Shown here in pieces: positions 15,349 to 25,767 of a stretch of 64,000 nt of DNA. This DNA comes from Pedosphaera sp. (GTDB lineage Bacteria > Verrucomicrobiota > Verrucomicrobiia > Limisphaerales > SIBH01). The DNA lies in the NCBI GenBank assembly GCA_031414955.1, contig JANOQV010000146.1, forward strand, positions 19,917 to 83,916, given 5' to 3'. The notes under the pieces were generated by a model. It searched no databases. It worked only from the letters and a program-made list of their open reading frames with translations, and was not told the origin of the DNA. The translations under genes and the position numbers were made by a program. The stretch's first letter is position 1. Every line of letters starts with the position of its first letter.

Positions 15349-18300
15349 CTACGGGCAGATGACGCGGTAGAATTTGTTCACGCCCGGTTCGACCGGCAGC
15401 GTGACGCCGGAGGCTCCCGGAACATCCGTCCACACCGTGGTACCAGGCCCGCTTAACGCCGTGGTGCATTGCAGGCGGAAGCCGGTGCCGGTCCACGAGA
15501 TGGTCACGCTGGTGCCATCAGGCGAACGCGTGATGGCAAGGGACGCCGGTCCGACGCACGGCGATCCCGGCACGTTGAGGTGCATGGACGCCGGGCCACT
15601 GACGGCGGGACTCCAGTTCTGGCCGCCATCGAGGCTGATCTCCGTGAAGATGTCGAAGAAGCTGCCGATGCGGTAGGGCGCGCCGGTGGGCGAGGTACGA
15701 ATGCTGGTGCGGCCCAAGGAAGCCTTGCTCGGACTTTCACGGACCATCACTCCGTTGGGCAGGCTGCCGCCGCTGATGTTCAAGGCCAGCATCTCGGTGT
15801 CAAAGAAGCGGGTGTCGCCGCTGTCCTGACTGCTGGTAACCCGCGTCGTGACGGCGGCTGGAGCCGTGACATGAATCGGCTGCTGGCCGCCCTGGTGCAG
15901 ATCAAATGTCACCATGGAGCCGAAGCCGTGAGTCACGCTGCCACCTGGAGGAGGCGGAGGCGAGTTGGTCAGGAATCGCTCATGGCTGGCGTTGCTGATG
16001 ATGATGCCATTGGCGTAGAGCTGGTGCCACTGCTGCGGGCTGATGTACTGCCCGTTGAGCGGCGGCAGATTAGGAGTGGAGGCCGGCTGCTCAGGCGCTT
16101 CGCAGATCAGCTCCACATGGGCGGCGGCGGGCACGGGCGCCCAGTTTTGGCCGCCGTCCAGGCTCAGTTCGACGAAGACATCAAAGAAGCTGCCGATGCG
16201 GGACGTGCCATCAGACTGCGGCGCGATGGCCGTGCCGCCATGTGATTGGCGGGTCGGACTTTCGCGCAAGCGGATGCTGGGCGGCAGGTCGCCACCCTGA
16301 ATGTCCAGTTGCAGCATCTCGGTGTCATAGACTTGAGTGCCGTCGGACTCGGTGCCGCGGTGGCGCACGCTCACCTCTACTTGTGCCGGCGCGCGCATGG
16401 GAACGAAGTTCACTCCACCGTCCTGCGACACCTCCATGTCCACCTGCGACCCAAAGGTGTGCGTCTGGGACGAGCCCGGGGGCGGCGGCGGCAGCGATTG
16501 GGTGAAGAACTTGTGCTTCACGTCACGGATGACGATGCCCTGGGCGGTCAGAATGTGGTAGAGCGCCGGACTCACGTAGAGGTCATTGGGCGGCGGCAGC
16601 AGTTGCGTGCCTGCCGGTACGGAAGGTACGGTCAGTGGGTCGCGGCCCAGTTGGACTGGCGCGGCCTCCTCACCGGGCGACCAAGTTGCGCCGCCATCCA
16701 GGCTGAGTTCTGTGAACACGTCGAAGAAGCTGTCGATCATGAAGCCTCCGCCGGGCGCGGACTGCACGGCCGTGCGTCCGATCGAGGCCCGGGTCGGGCT
16801 TTCCCGAATCATGAGGCCGCCGGGGCTGCTCAGGTTGAGCGCCAGCATCTCGGTGTCATAGACCTGCGTGCCGCTTGGCTCAACGCCCACATGCGTCACC
16901 TGCACCGTCACATCCGCCGCGCCCGCCAGCGGGGACCAGGTCTGCCCGCCGTCCGACGATACCTGCCCGGAAACTTGCGAGGGGAAGGTGTGGATCTGGC
17001 TGCCGCCCGGGGGCGGCGGCGGGAAGCTCTGCAGGAAGCGGCGATGGCTCACGTTGCTGATGATGATGCCGTTGGCGTAGAGCTGATGCCACTGCTGCGG
17101 CGAGACGTACTCACCCTGCTGCGGCGGCAGCAGAGGCGTCGGGAACCAGCGCGGTTTGCGCGGGCGCACTGTCACCGTGAAGCTGCAACTGGCGCTGCCG
17201 TTCACACTACTGGCGGTGCAGGTCACCGTGGTGGTTCCGACCGGGAAGTTGCTTCCACTGGGCGGCGTGCAGGAGTAAGTCACCGGCGCGCCACATGTAT
17301 CCACCGGCCCCACCGTCGGGGCGAAGGTCACGACACGGCCCGCCGGCGTGAGGGCGAAGGCTGTGATGTTGGCCGGGCAGACGATGAGCACCGTGCAGGG
17401 CACTGGGTTCGGCACCACATGGACGTTGGCCGGACCGGTCAGCGAGGGCTGCCAGGTCTGTCCGCCGTCCGCGCTCAACTCCGTAAAGATGTCAAAGAAG
17501 CTGGCCACACTGTGTGTGCCGTCGGCTGCGCTGGTGCGAATGCTGGTGCGGCCCAGCGAGGCCTTGCTCGGGCTTTCGCGCACCATCATGCCGACGGGCA
17601 GGCCACCGCCGCTGATGTTGAGCGCCAGCATCTCGGTCTCGAAGAAGCGGGTGTCACCGTCGCTCTGCATTTCGCGCACGCTCACCGTCACCTGGGCGGG
17701 CAGGGTGGTGTGCTGCCACGTCGTCCCGTTGTTGAGCGAGAGGTCGCACTCCACGTCCGATCCGAAGCTGTGCGTCTCAGTCACGCCCGGGGGCGGCGGC
17801 GGGAAGGACTGGGTGAAGTGTTTGTGGCTCACGTTGCTGATGATGATGCCCTGGGCGTAGAGCGCGTGCCACTGCTGCGGGCTGATGTACTGCCCGTTGA
17901 GCGGTGGCAGATTGGGATTGGGCACCGGCATGGGCGGAGCTTCGCAGATCAGTTCCACGCGGGCCGGGGTCGGCGCAGGGGTCCAAGTTTGGCCACCGTC
18001 CACGCTCAGATCCACGAAGATGTCGAAGAAGCTGCCGATGCTGTGCCCGTTGGGCGTCGGGGCGATGACCGTGCCGCCTTGCGAGGCGCGGGTCGGGCTT
18101 TCACGGAGCATCACTCCGACCGGTAGATCGCCACCCTGCAGATCCAGTTGCAGCATCTCAGTGTCATAGAGCTGAGTTTCATCGGGCGCAGTGCCGCGGT
18201 GTTGCACATGGACTGCCACCGCCGCCGGGGCACGCCGGGGCTGGAAGGTCTGGCCACCGTCGAGGCTCACTTCCATGTCCACTTGCGAACCAAAGGTATG

Positions 18301-21300
18301 CATCGCTCCCGGACCGGGCGGGGGCGGCGGCTGGCTTTGGGTGAAGAACTTGTGCCGCACGTTGCGGATCTGGATGCCCTGGGCGAGCAGCAGGTGATAC
18401 TGCTGCGGCGAGACATACAGATCATTGGGCGGCGGCAACAACTGGGTCGAGGCCGGGATCGGCGTGATGGTCCGCGGGTCAGTCCGCAACTCTACCTGCG
18501 CCGCCTCCTGGGCGGGCGACCAGTTCGCCCCGCCATCCAGACTGAGTTCCGTGAAGACGTCGAAGAAGCTGTCGATGGCAAAGCCACCGCCCGGCGCGGC
18601 CTGCACAGTGGTGCGGCCAGTCGAGGCGCGGGTCGGGCTTTCACGGATCATGAAGCCACCGGGGCTGGCCAGATTGAGCGCCAGCATCTCGGTGTCATAG
18701 AGCTGAGTGCCATCGGGATCGGTGCCCACATGCGTGACCTGCACCGTCACATCCGCCGGGGCCGTGGCCGGGGTGAAGGTCGTGCCGCCATCTGTTGACA
18801 ACAGCAATTCCACGGTCGATCCGAACGAATGCGTTTCCGACGTGCCGGTTGCGGGCGGCGGGAAGCTTTGCAGGAAGTGGCGGTGGCTCACGTTGCTGAT
18901 GATGATGCCATTGGCGTAGAATTGGTGCCATTGCTGGGGCGAAATGTACTCACCCTGCGGCGGCGGCAGCAACGGCGTCGGGAACCAGCGCGGCTTGCGG
19001 GCCCGCACCGTCACCGTGAAGGAGCAGGTGGCGCTCTGGCCACAGCCGTCCGTGACCACACAGGTCACGGTCGTGGTCCCAACCGGGAAGGGCGATCCGC
19101 TGGGCGGATTGCAGACCACGTTGAACGGCGCACAGCCTCCACTCACGATCGGAGCCGGGTAATTGACGACAACTCCGGCCGCAGTGGGCGCGGTCACGCT
19201 GACGTTTGGCGGACAGGCGATGGCCAGCGGCGGGGGCGGGTTGGTCGGAATGTTGAGTTGCACGGAGACGGGGCCGCTCACGGCGGGACTCCAAGTGGCC
19301 CCGCCATCAAGACTGATTTCCGTGAAGATGTCGAAGAAGCTGGAGACGCGGTAGTCGCCGGGCGTGGTGCGGATGCTGGTGCGTCCAAGCGATTGTTTGG
19401 TCGGGCTTTCCCGGAGTTGGACGCCCCCTGGCAGCGCGCCTCCGCTAATGTTGAGGGCGAGCATCTCGGTGTCGAAGAAGCGCGTGCTGCCGCTGTCGAG
19501 GCTGCTGCTCACCTGAGCGGTCACACTGGCGGGCGCAGTCACATGCGCCGGGGGTTGGCCCGGCTGGAATAAATCGAAAGTGACCATCGACCCGAAGTTA
19601 TGAACCTGCGATCCGCCGGGCGGCGGAGGCGGCTGGTTCTGGGTGAACCGATCATGGCTGGCATTGCTGATGATAATGCCGTTGGCGTAGAGCTGATGCC
19701 ACTGGTCGGGCGAGACGTATTCGCCGTTGAGCGGCGGCAGGTTGGGCGTGGGCACCGTTTGTTCGGCGGCCGGGTTGACGAGTTCCACATGGGCCGGGGC
19801 CGGGGCCGGGGTCCAGCTTGCGCCTCCGTCCAGGCTCACTTCCACGAAGATGTCGAAGAAGCTGTGGATGCGATGTGTGCCATTGGTGTTGGGCGCGATG
19901 GATGTTCCACCGATGGACTGCTTGGTCGGGCTTTCCCGGATCAGCAGCCCCGGTGGCAGGGCGCCTCCGCTGAGATCCAGTTGCAACATCTCGGTATCGA
20001 AGCTTACCCCGTCGTTGCCGGACGAACCGATGTTGTGGACCCGGACCGTCACAGCGGCGGGCGCGCGCACGGCGGAGAAGGACAGCCCGCCATCAGTCGA
20101 GAGCATCATGTCCACCTGCGAATCGAAGGTGTGCGTGTTGGTCCCGCCCAGGGGCGGCGGCGGCTGCGAACCAGTGAAGAAGCTGTGGCTCACGTTGCTG
20201 ATCACGATGCCGCTGGCCAGCGCCAGATGGTAGTCCTGCGGACTGACGTAGGCGCCATTGGGCGGCGGGAGGTCGCCCGTGGGCATGTCCACCGGCGGGA
20301 CGGTGGTCGGATCCTTGCGCAGTTCAACGTGCGCGGCCTGCGCGGCGGCGCTCCAAGTGGCACCTCCATCCAGGCTGACCTCGGTGAAGATGTCGAAGAA
20401 ACTGATCATGCAAACATTGTCGGGGTTATTCCCGAAACCGGTCCCGCGGATGATGACCAGACCGGGTGAAGCCAGGGTCGGGCTTTCGCGCAACCGGATG
20501 CCGGGCGGCAGGTTGCCTCCGCTGATGTCGAGTTGCAGCATCTCGGTGTCAAACGTCCGGACCTGACCCGTCCCGGGTTGGGCATAGACGCTGACGCTGA
20601 CCGCCGCGGGCGCGCTCACGCTTTGGAAACTCAGGCCGCCATCAACGGAGATTTCGCAATCCACCTGCGAGTCGAACTCATGCACCTGAATGGTGCCGGG
20701 CGCGGGCGGAGGCGTGCTCTGGGTGAAGTAGCGATGCTTGGGACTGCGGATGATGATGCCGTTGGCATAGAGCTGATGGTACAGTTGCGGGCTGATATAC
20801 ATGCCGTTGGTCGGCGGCAGCCCGTCGTCGTTGAAGGGAATGTCCGGAATCGGCGGACGGACGGTCACACTGAACGAGCAGTTGGCGCTGCCACCACAAC
20901 CGTCCGTGACCACACAGGTCAAGGTCGTCGTCCCGATCGGGAAAGGCGAGCCGCTGGGCGGAACGCAGACCACGCTGACCGGCGCACAACCGCCACTGAC
21001 GGCGGGGGGTGGGTAGTTGACGACGGCTCCAGCCGCAGTGGGCGCGATCACAGTCATGTTCGGAGGGCAGGTGATGGCCAGCGGCAGCGGCGGATTGTTC
21101 GGGATGTTGAGATGCACGGAGACAGGGCCGCTGACGGCCGGACTCCAAGTTGCGCCACCGTCGAGGCTCATCTCGGTGAAAATGTCGAAGAAACTGCCGA
21201 CACGGTAGTCGGTGGGAGTGGTGCGGATGCTGGTCCGTCCGAGCGACGCCTTGCTTGGGCTTTCGCGCACCATGATGCCGCCGGGGGCGCTGATGTTCAG

Positions 21301-24300
21301 GGCCAGCATCTCGGTGTCGAAGAAGCGAGTGGAACCGGAATCCTGACTGCTGCTCACCTGCGTGGTCACGCTGGCCGGGGCCGTCATGGGCACGGGTGCC
21401 TGGCCCTGCTGGATGAGATCGAAATGCACCATCGACCCGAAGTTATGAACCTGCGATCCGCCGGGGGGCGGCGGCGGCTGGCTCTGGGTGAACCGGTCAT
21501 GGCTCGCGTTGCTGATGATGATGCCGTTGGCGTAGAGCTGGTGCCAGCGCTCGGGCGAAATGTATTCGCCATTCAACGGCGGCAGGTTCGAGTTGGTGGC
21601 TGGCTGTTCGGGCGCGGGCATGACCAGTTGCACATGGGCCGGAGCCTGAGCCGGAGACCAGTTCTGGCCACCGTCCAAACTCACTTCCACGAAGATGTCG
21701 AAGAAGCTGCCGATGCGCAGCAGATCGAAGTCGGGATCGCCAATGGGCACGCCTGAGGCTGCGATGGATGTTCGACCGCGCGAGGGCAACGTCGGGCTTT
21801 CGCGGAGCCTCACCGCAGGCGGGAGATCGCCGCCCTGAATGTTGAGCGAGAGCATTTCGGTGTCGAACGTGCCTCCGGTCGTGCCGTCCACCCGCACCTC
21901 GACGCCGGCCGGGGCGCGCACGGACTGGAAGGTCGCGCCGCCATCGAACGACAAATCCATGTCCACCTGCGAATTGAAGGTGTGAATTGCCGTCCCACCC
22001 ACGGGCGGAGGCGGTTGCGAATGAGTGAAGAAGCTGTGGCTCACGTTGCTGATGACCACGCCTTGGGCGGTAAGGATGTGGTAATCCGCCGGGCTGACGT
22101 AGGCGCCATTGCGCGGAGGCAAATCGCCGGTGGGCGCGCTGACCGGCGGGGTCAGGGTGACGTCCCGCCGCAGCTCGACATGGGCCGGTTGCAGAGCCGG
22201 GCTCCAACTCGCGCCGCCGTCCAAGCTGAGTTCAGTGAAGACGTCGAAGAAGCTCGAGATCATGAATCCTCCCGGCGCGGTGCGCATGGTGGTGTGGCCG
22301 GGCGAAGGCAGCGTCGGGCTTTCGCGAATTATCACGCCCACCGGCAGGGTGCCGCCAGCGATATCGAGTTGCTGCATCTCGGTGGCAAACTGCTGGGTCG
22401 GCCCGCCAGGAGTGTGGGTCACCTGCACGGCGACACCAGCCGGCGCGGTGTGACGCACAAAATTAGAGCCACCATCGGTCGAAATATCCATCGAGACCGA
22501 CGAGCCAAAGGTATGGACCTGAACCGTGTTCGGCGGCGGCGGCGGCGTGGATTGGGTGAACTTGTTGTGGCTGATGTTGCTGATGATGATCCCGTTCGCG
22601 TAAAGCTGGTGATACAGCGCCGGGCTGATGTACGTGCCGGTCGGCGGGGGCAGGTTCGGCGTAGGGAAGAAGATTTCCGGCGCGGGCGGAACCGGTGGAT
22701 TGACCGTCACGTTGAACGAACAGGTGGCGCTGCCACCGCAGGTGTCGCTGGCGGTGCAATTCACCGTCGTCGTGCCCAGCGGGAACGGCGAACCGCTGGG
22801 CGGAGAGCAAACCACCGTCGGCGGAGTGCAGCCGCCACCCACGGTGGGCGGGGGATAATTTACCACCGTACCGGCTGCTCCATTCACCGTCACGTTGGCC
22901 GGGCAGGCGATGGTGACGGGAGGCGGGCCGCCCAAGGTGGTCACGCTGACCGAAGCCGGGCCGGAAAGCGACGGGTGCCAGGTCGCGCCGCCATCCAAGC
23001 TAAGTTCGACGAAAATATCGAAGAAACTGGAGATGCGATAATCGCCAGGAGCGGCCTGCCGGATGCTAGTCTTGCCCGTGGACGCCTTGGTGGGGCTTTC
23101 ACGAATCATCATGCCTGGAGGCAAACTGCCGCCGTTGAGATTCAATTGCAGCATCTCGGTGTCGAAGAAGCGCGTCGTCGCCGTGTCCATCGTCGTGCTG
23201 CTGACATTGACCATCACGTTCGCCTGGGCGGTGACCGGATTGAAGGTGACGCCACCATCCATCGAGACCTGCATCTGCACGGCTGAACCGAAGGCGTGGG
23301 GCTGGCTGCCGCCGGGCGGCGGTGGCGGTTGGTGCTGAAGGAAGTCCAGGTGGCTCACGTTGGTGATGTAAATGCCCATCGCGAAATACGCGTGCCAGTC
23401 CTGGGGACTGACGTACTGGCCAGCCGGCGGGAGGTCGGGACTGGTGAACGGTTTCTCCGGTGCCTTGCTGCGCAGTTCGACATGCACCGGGCCGTTGGTC
23501 GCGGGATTCCAAGTGCCGCCGTTATCCAAGCTGACCTCGGTGAAGATGTCGAAAAAGCTCGCGATTTTGAAAGTGCCGTCCGGCATCGGTATCACGCGTG
23601 TCCGGCCGCGGGACGGCTCGGTTGGGCTTTCGCGCACCATCACCCCAAGAGGCAGGTCGCCGCCCGAGAGGGAAAGTGCGGTCATCTCCGTGTCGTAAGT
23701 GCCTGATCCCGCATCCGCCACGGTCACGGTCACCGGGGCCGAGACGCGAGCGGCCGTAAAGGTGACGCCACCATCGAGTGAAATATCCATGTCCACCGTG
23801 GAGCCGAAGTTTTCGGTGTTGGTTCCACCGGGTAGTCCAGTATTGCCTCCGGCCGGGTACGACTGAAGGAATCCGCTGTGGCTGACGTTGCTGATCACGA
23901 TGCCCACGGCGTAGAGCGCGTGCCATTGGTCAGGGGAGACATATTGGTCGTTCGGCGGCGGGAGCAGATCCGTGGGTTCGTCCACCGGCGGAGCGGTGAT
24001 GGATTTCTTCAGCTCAACATGCACCGGCGTAAGGGCGGGACTCCAGTTCGCGCCGCCATCCAGACTGACCTCGGTGAAGATGTCGAAAAAGCTGCCAATC
24101 ATGTAACCACCAGCCAGAGAGCGCACGGTGGTTTGGCCGGTCGAAGCGAGGGTTGGGCTTTCACGAATCATCACCCCCGGCGGCAGCGAGCCTCCTTGGA
24201 TGTCGAATGATTGCATTTCCGTGGCGAAGAAATCCTTGCCCAGCACAGTGCCGATATGACCGACGCCGACCACCACCGCAGCGGGGGCGGAGACGGTCTG

Positions 24301-25554
24301 GAATGTCACGCCGTTGTCGGCGGAAATCTGGAAGGTGGCCGTGGAATTGAATGGATGCGAATTGGAAAGTCCCGGTCCCGGCGGGCCGTAGAGGACGTTG
24401 CTGATGCCGGGGTTGACGAAGCGATCATGACTGGAATTGCTGATGATGATGCCGTTGGCGTAGAGCTGATGCCACTGGGCCGGGCTGACGTATTCGCCGG
24501 CCGCCGGTGGCAGGTTGTTGGTCAAGGTAAACACTTCCGGGCCGCCCGGTTGGAGCACTTGAATCGTGAAGGAGCAATTCGCCGTCTGGCCGCAGGTATC
24601 ACTCGCAGTGCAGTTCACGGTGGTCGTGCCGATGGGGAAATTGGCACCGGTCGGCGGGACGCAGGAAATGGTCGGAGGCGTGCAGCCGCCGCCCGCTGAA
24701 ACGAAGAAACCCACCGTGGCACCGCCGGGACCGGTTCCGGCCACGGTCAAATTGGGCGGGCAGGTGATGTTGACAGGCGGATCGATGATTTGCGCGAAGC
24801 GGACACCATCAAACCACCCGCCGCCAAGCTGCGTTCCCAGTCCCGGGCCAAGGATCACAGTGTCATAGGTGTCAACCGCCGCGCCGTTGAACGTCCGGGA
24901 AAGAATTCCGTCCACATAGAATTTAATCGTTGATCCGGGGGGCAGAACCTCAATGTCGAAGCGATGCCAACCGATCGAGCGATTGGGCGAACCAGCGCCG
25001 TTAAGGTTGAAAACTCCAGTTGTGCCGGCGGCAGCGGGTCCAAAGGCGACACGCCCTTGGTATTTCGTTGCGGTAAAAACTTCCCCCGTAAGAGTCGTGG
25101 CATTGAATTTTCCGGCCGCGATCAGGGCGTCCAGGCTGCCGCTGGCCACTGTGCCGCCGTTAGGCAGTCCTGAGCCTCCGGAGTGGCCTCTTATTTCGTT
25201 GTACGCGCGCGTGGCTCCGACCGTTCCCCCATTGGTCCCTTCGTCATAGAAGTAGAAGGTGAAGAGCAAGTGCCCCCCGAACTCGCCGCCCAGATTTCGG
25301 TGCATGCGGTCGATGGACGTGTTCATGAAGGCGCTGCGTATGCCGCCGCCCGGCACCACGTTGGTGGGCGTGGAAATATCGAGAGTGTTCGCGGTGGTGA
25401 CAGTCCAGTTACCGACGGGGAACAGGATTTGGCCGCTCTCGAAATCATCGGAGAAGACGATGTTGGTCACGCTGGCCGCACTGGCCGCGCTACACAGGGA
25501 CAACAGGAGGCACAAGGAGAGTACGCGCCTTGCCGCGAAGAGATTTTTACTCAT
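15349..25554 (-). CDS. Giant secreted repeat protein, 3401 aa: signal peptide, N-terminal beta-sandwich-like domain, 5 x [HYR-like domain + 3 x ~180-aa repeat], C-terminal 'FYRV' domain
   Basis: Signal peptide 'MSKNLFAARRVLSLCLLLSLCSAASAA'. Five 'CP(P/A)N..V...CxPP(S/T)GxxFPxGTTTVxC...CSF' modules. Fifteen repeats sharing 'Y(V/I)SPxx(W/Y)H', 'DTEM', 'RESP' and 'SFFD(I/V)FxE(V/L)SLDGG..W'. Confidence 0.92.
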   Translation of the reverse strand: MSKNLFAARRVLSLCLLLSLCSAASAASVTNIVFSDDFESGQILFPVGNWTVTTANTLDISTPTNVVPGGGIRSAFMNTSIDRMHRNLGGEFGGHLLFTFYFYDEGTNGGTVGATRAYNEIRGHSGGSGLPNGGTVASGSLDALIAAGKFNATTLTGEVFTATKYQGRVAFGPAAAGTTGVFNLNGAGSPNRSIGWHRFDIEVLPPGSTIKFYVDGILSRTFNGAAVDTYDTVILGPGLGTQLGGGWFDGVRFAQIIDPPVNITCPPNLTVAGTGPGGATVGFFVSAGGGCTPPTISCVPPTGANFPIGTTTVNCTASDTCGQTANCSFTIQVLQPGGPEVFTLTNNLPPAAGEYVSPAQWHQLYANGIIISNSSHDRFVNPGISNVLYGPPGPGLSNSHPFNSTATFQISADNGVTFQTVSAPAAVVVGVGHIGTVLGKDFFATEMQSFDIQGGSLPPGVMIRESPTLASTGQTTVRSLAGGYMIGSFFDIFTEVSLDGGANWSPALTPVHVELKKSITAPPVDEPTDLLPPPNDQYVSPDQWHALYAVGIVISNVSHSGFLQSYPAGGNTGLPGGTNTENFGSTVDMDISLDGGVTFTAARVSAPVTVTVADAGSGTYDTEMTALSLSGGDLPLGVMVRESPTEPSRGRTRVIPMPDGTFKIASFFDIFTEVSLDNGGTWNPATNGPVHVELRSKAPEKPFTSPDLPPAGQYVSPQDWHAYFAMGIYITNVSHLDFLQHQPPPPPGGSQPHAFGSAVQMQVSMDGGVTFNPVTAQANVMVNVSSTTMDTATTRFFDTEMLQLNLNGGSLPPGMMIRESPTKASTGKTSIRQAAPGDYRISSFFDIFVELSLDGGATWHPSLSGPASVSVTTLGGPPPVTIACPANVTVNGAAGTVVNYPPPTVGGGCTPPTVVCSPPSGSPFPLGTTTVNCTASDTCGGSATCSFNVTVNPPVPPAPEIFFPTPNLPPPTGTYISPALYHQLYANGIIISNISHNKFTQSTPPPPPNTVQVHTFGSSVSMDISTDGGSNFVRHTAPAGVAVQVTHTPGGPTQQFATEMQQLDIAGGTLPVGVIIRESPTLPSPGHTTMRTAPGGFMISSFFDVFTELSLDGGASWSPALQPAHVELRRDVTLTPPVSAPTGDLPPRNGAYVSPADYHILTAQGVVISNVSHSFFTHSQPPPPVGGTAIHTFNSQVDMDLSFDGGATFQSVRAPAGVEVRVDGTTGGTFDTEMLSLNIQGGDLPPAVRLRESPTLPSRGRTSIAASGVPIGDPDFDLLRIGSFFDIFVEVSLDGGQNWSPAQAPAHVQLVMPAPEQPATNSNLPPLNGEYISPERWHQLYANGIIISNASHDRFTQSQPPPPPGGSQVHNFGSMVHFDLIQQGQAPVPMTAPASVTTQVSSSQDSGSTRFFDTEMLALNISAPGGIMVRESPSKASLGRTSIRTTPTDYRVGSFFDIFTEMSLDGGATWSPAVSGPVSVHLNIPNNPPLPLAITCPPNMTVIAPTAAGAVVNYPPPAVSGGCAPVSVVCVPPSGSPFPIGTTTLTCVVTDGCGGSANCSFSVTVRPPIPDIPFNDDGLPPTNGMYISPQLYHQLYANGIIIRSPKHRYFTQSTPPPAPGTIQVHEFDSQVDCEISVDGGLSFQSVSAPAAVSVSVYAQPGTGQVRTFDTEMLQLDISGGNLPPGIRLRESPTLASPGLVIIRGTGFGNNPDNVCMISFFDIFTEVSLDGGATWSAAAQAAHVELRKDPTTVPPVDMPTGDLPPPNGAYVSPQDYHLALASGIVISNVSHSFFTGSQPPPPLGGTNTHTFDSQVDMMLSTDGGLSFSAVRAPAAVTVRVHNIGSSGNDGVSFDTEMLQLDLSGGALPPGLLIRESPTKQSIGGTSIAPNTNGTHRIHSFFDIFVEVSLDGGASWTPAPAPAHVELVNPAAEQTVPTPNLPPLNGEYVSPDQWHQLYANGIIISNASHDRFTQNQPPPPPGGSQVHNFGSMVTFDLFQPGQPPAHVTAPASVTAQVSSSLDSGSTRFFDTEMLALNISGGALPGGVQLRESPTKQSLGRTSIRTTPGDYRVSSFFDIFTEISLDGGATWSPAVSGPVSVQLNIPTNPPPPLAIACPPNVSVTAPTAAGVVVNYPAPIVSGGCAPFNVVCNPPSGSPFPVGTTTVTCVVTDGCGQSATCSFTVTVRARKPRWFPTPLLPPPQGEYISPQQWHQFYANGIIISNVSHRHFLQSFPPPATGTSETHSFGSTVELLLSTDGGTTFTPATAPADVTVQVTHVGTDPDGTQLYDTEMLALNLASPGGFMIRESPTRASTGRTTVQAAPGGGFAIDSFFDVFTELSLDGGANWSPAQEAAQVELRTDPRTITPIPASTQLLPPPNDLYVSPQQYHLLLAQGIQIRNVRHKFFTQSQPPPPPGPGAMHTFGSQVDMEVSLDGGQTFQPRRAPAAVAVHVQHRGTAPDETQLYDTEMLQLDLQGGDLPVGVMLRESPTRASQGGTVIAPTPNGHSIGSFFDIFVDLSVDGGQTWTPAPTPARVELICEAPPMPVPNPNLPPLNGQYISPQQWHALYAQGIIISNVSHKHFTQSFPPPPPGVTETHSFGSDVECDLSLNNGTTWQHTTLPAQVTVSVREMQSDGDTRFFETEMLALNISGGGLPVGMMVRESPSKASLGRTSIRTSAADGTHSVASFFDIFTELSADGGQTWQPSLTGPANVHVVPNPVPCTVLIVCPANITAFALTPAGRVVTFAPTVGPVDTCGAPVTYSCTPPSGSNFPVGTTTVTCTASSVNGSASCSFTVTVRPRKPRWFPTPLLPPQQGEYVSPQQWHQLYANGIIISNVSHRRFLQSFPPPPPGGSQIHTFPSQVSGQVSSDGGQTWSPLAGAADVTVQVTHVGVEPSGTQVYDTEMLALNLSSPGGLMIRESPTRASIGRTAVQSAPGGGFMIDSFFDVFTELSLDGGATWSPGEEAAPVQLGRDPLTVPSVPAGTQLLPPPNDLYVSPALYHILTAQGIVIRDVKHKFFTQSLPPPPPGSSQTHTFGSQVDMEVSQDGGVNFVPMRAPAQVEVSVRHRGTESDGTQVYDTEMLQLDIQGGDLPPSIRLRESPTRQSHGGTAIAPQSDGTSRIGSFFDVFVELSLDGGQNWAPVPAAAHVELICEAPEQPASTPNLPPLNGQYISPQQWHQLYANGIIISNASHERFLTNSPPPPPGGSVTHGFGSMVTFDLHQGGQQPIHVTAPAAVTTRVTSSQDSGDTRFFDTEMLALNISGGSLPNGVMVRESPSKASLGRTSIRTSPTGAPYRIGSFFDIFTEISLDGGQNWSPAVSGPASMHLNVPGSPCVGPASLAITRSPDGTSVTISWTGTGFRLQCTTALSGPGTTVWTDVPGASGVTLPVEPGVNKFYRVICP

Positions 25555-25767
25555 AATTCAAACGTTGTTGGTTGAACCGCGCACACTGAACACTGACCGA
25601 GACACCAAGACACCTAAGTTTCCGACACCACCAACTCATCTACACCAAGACACCAGACACGGAGGCAAACCGCTGAAAAACACTTCACCTGAAAACATCC
25701 TGAACACCAAAAATAGAATCTCGCTAGGATCGCCGGTGAAGTTCAAAAGCGAGAATGCCCAGCCCGA

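Noticed and set aside
15374..24868. Repetitive plus-strand ORFs and DNA repeats in the giant gene as a possible CRISPR array or separate genes
   Set aside because: Repeats are ~550-nt degenerate coding units with synonymous variation. There is no repeat-spacer structure and no cas gene.
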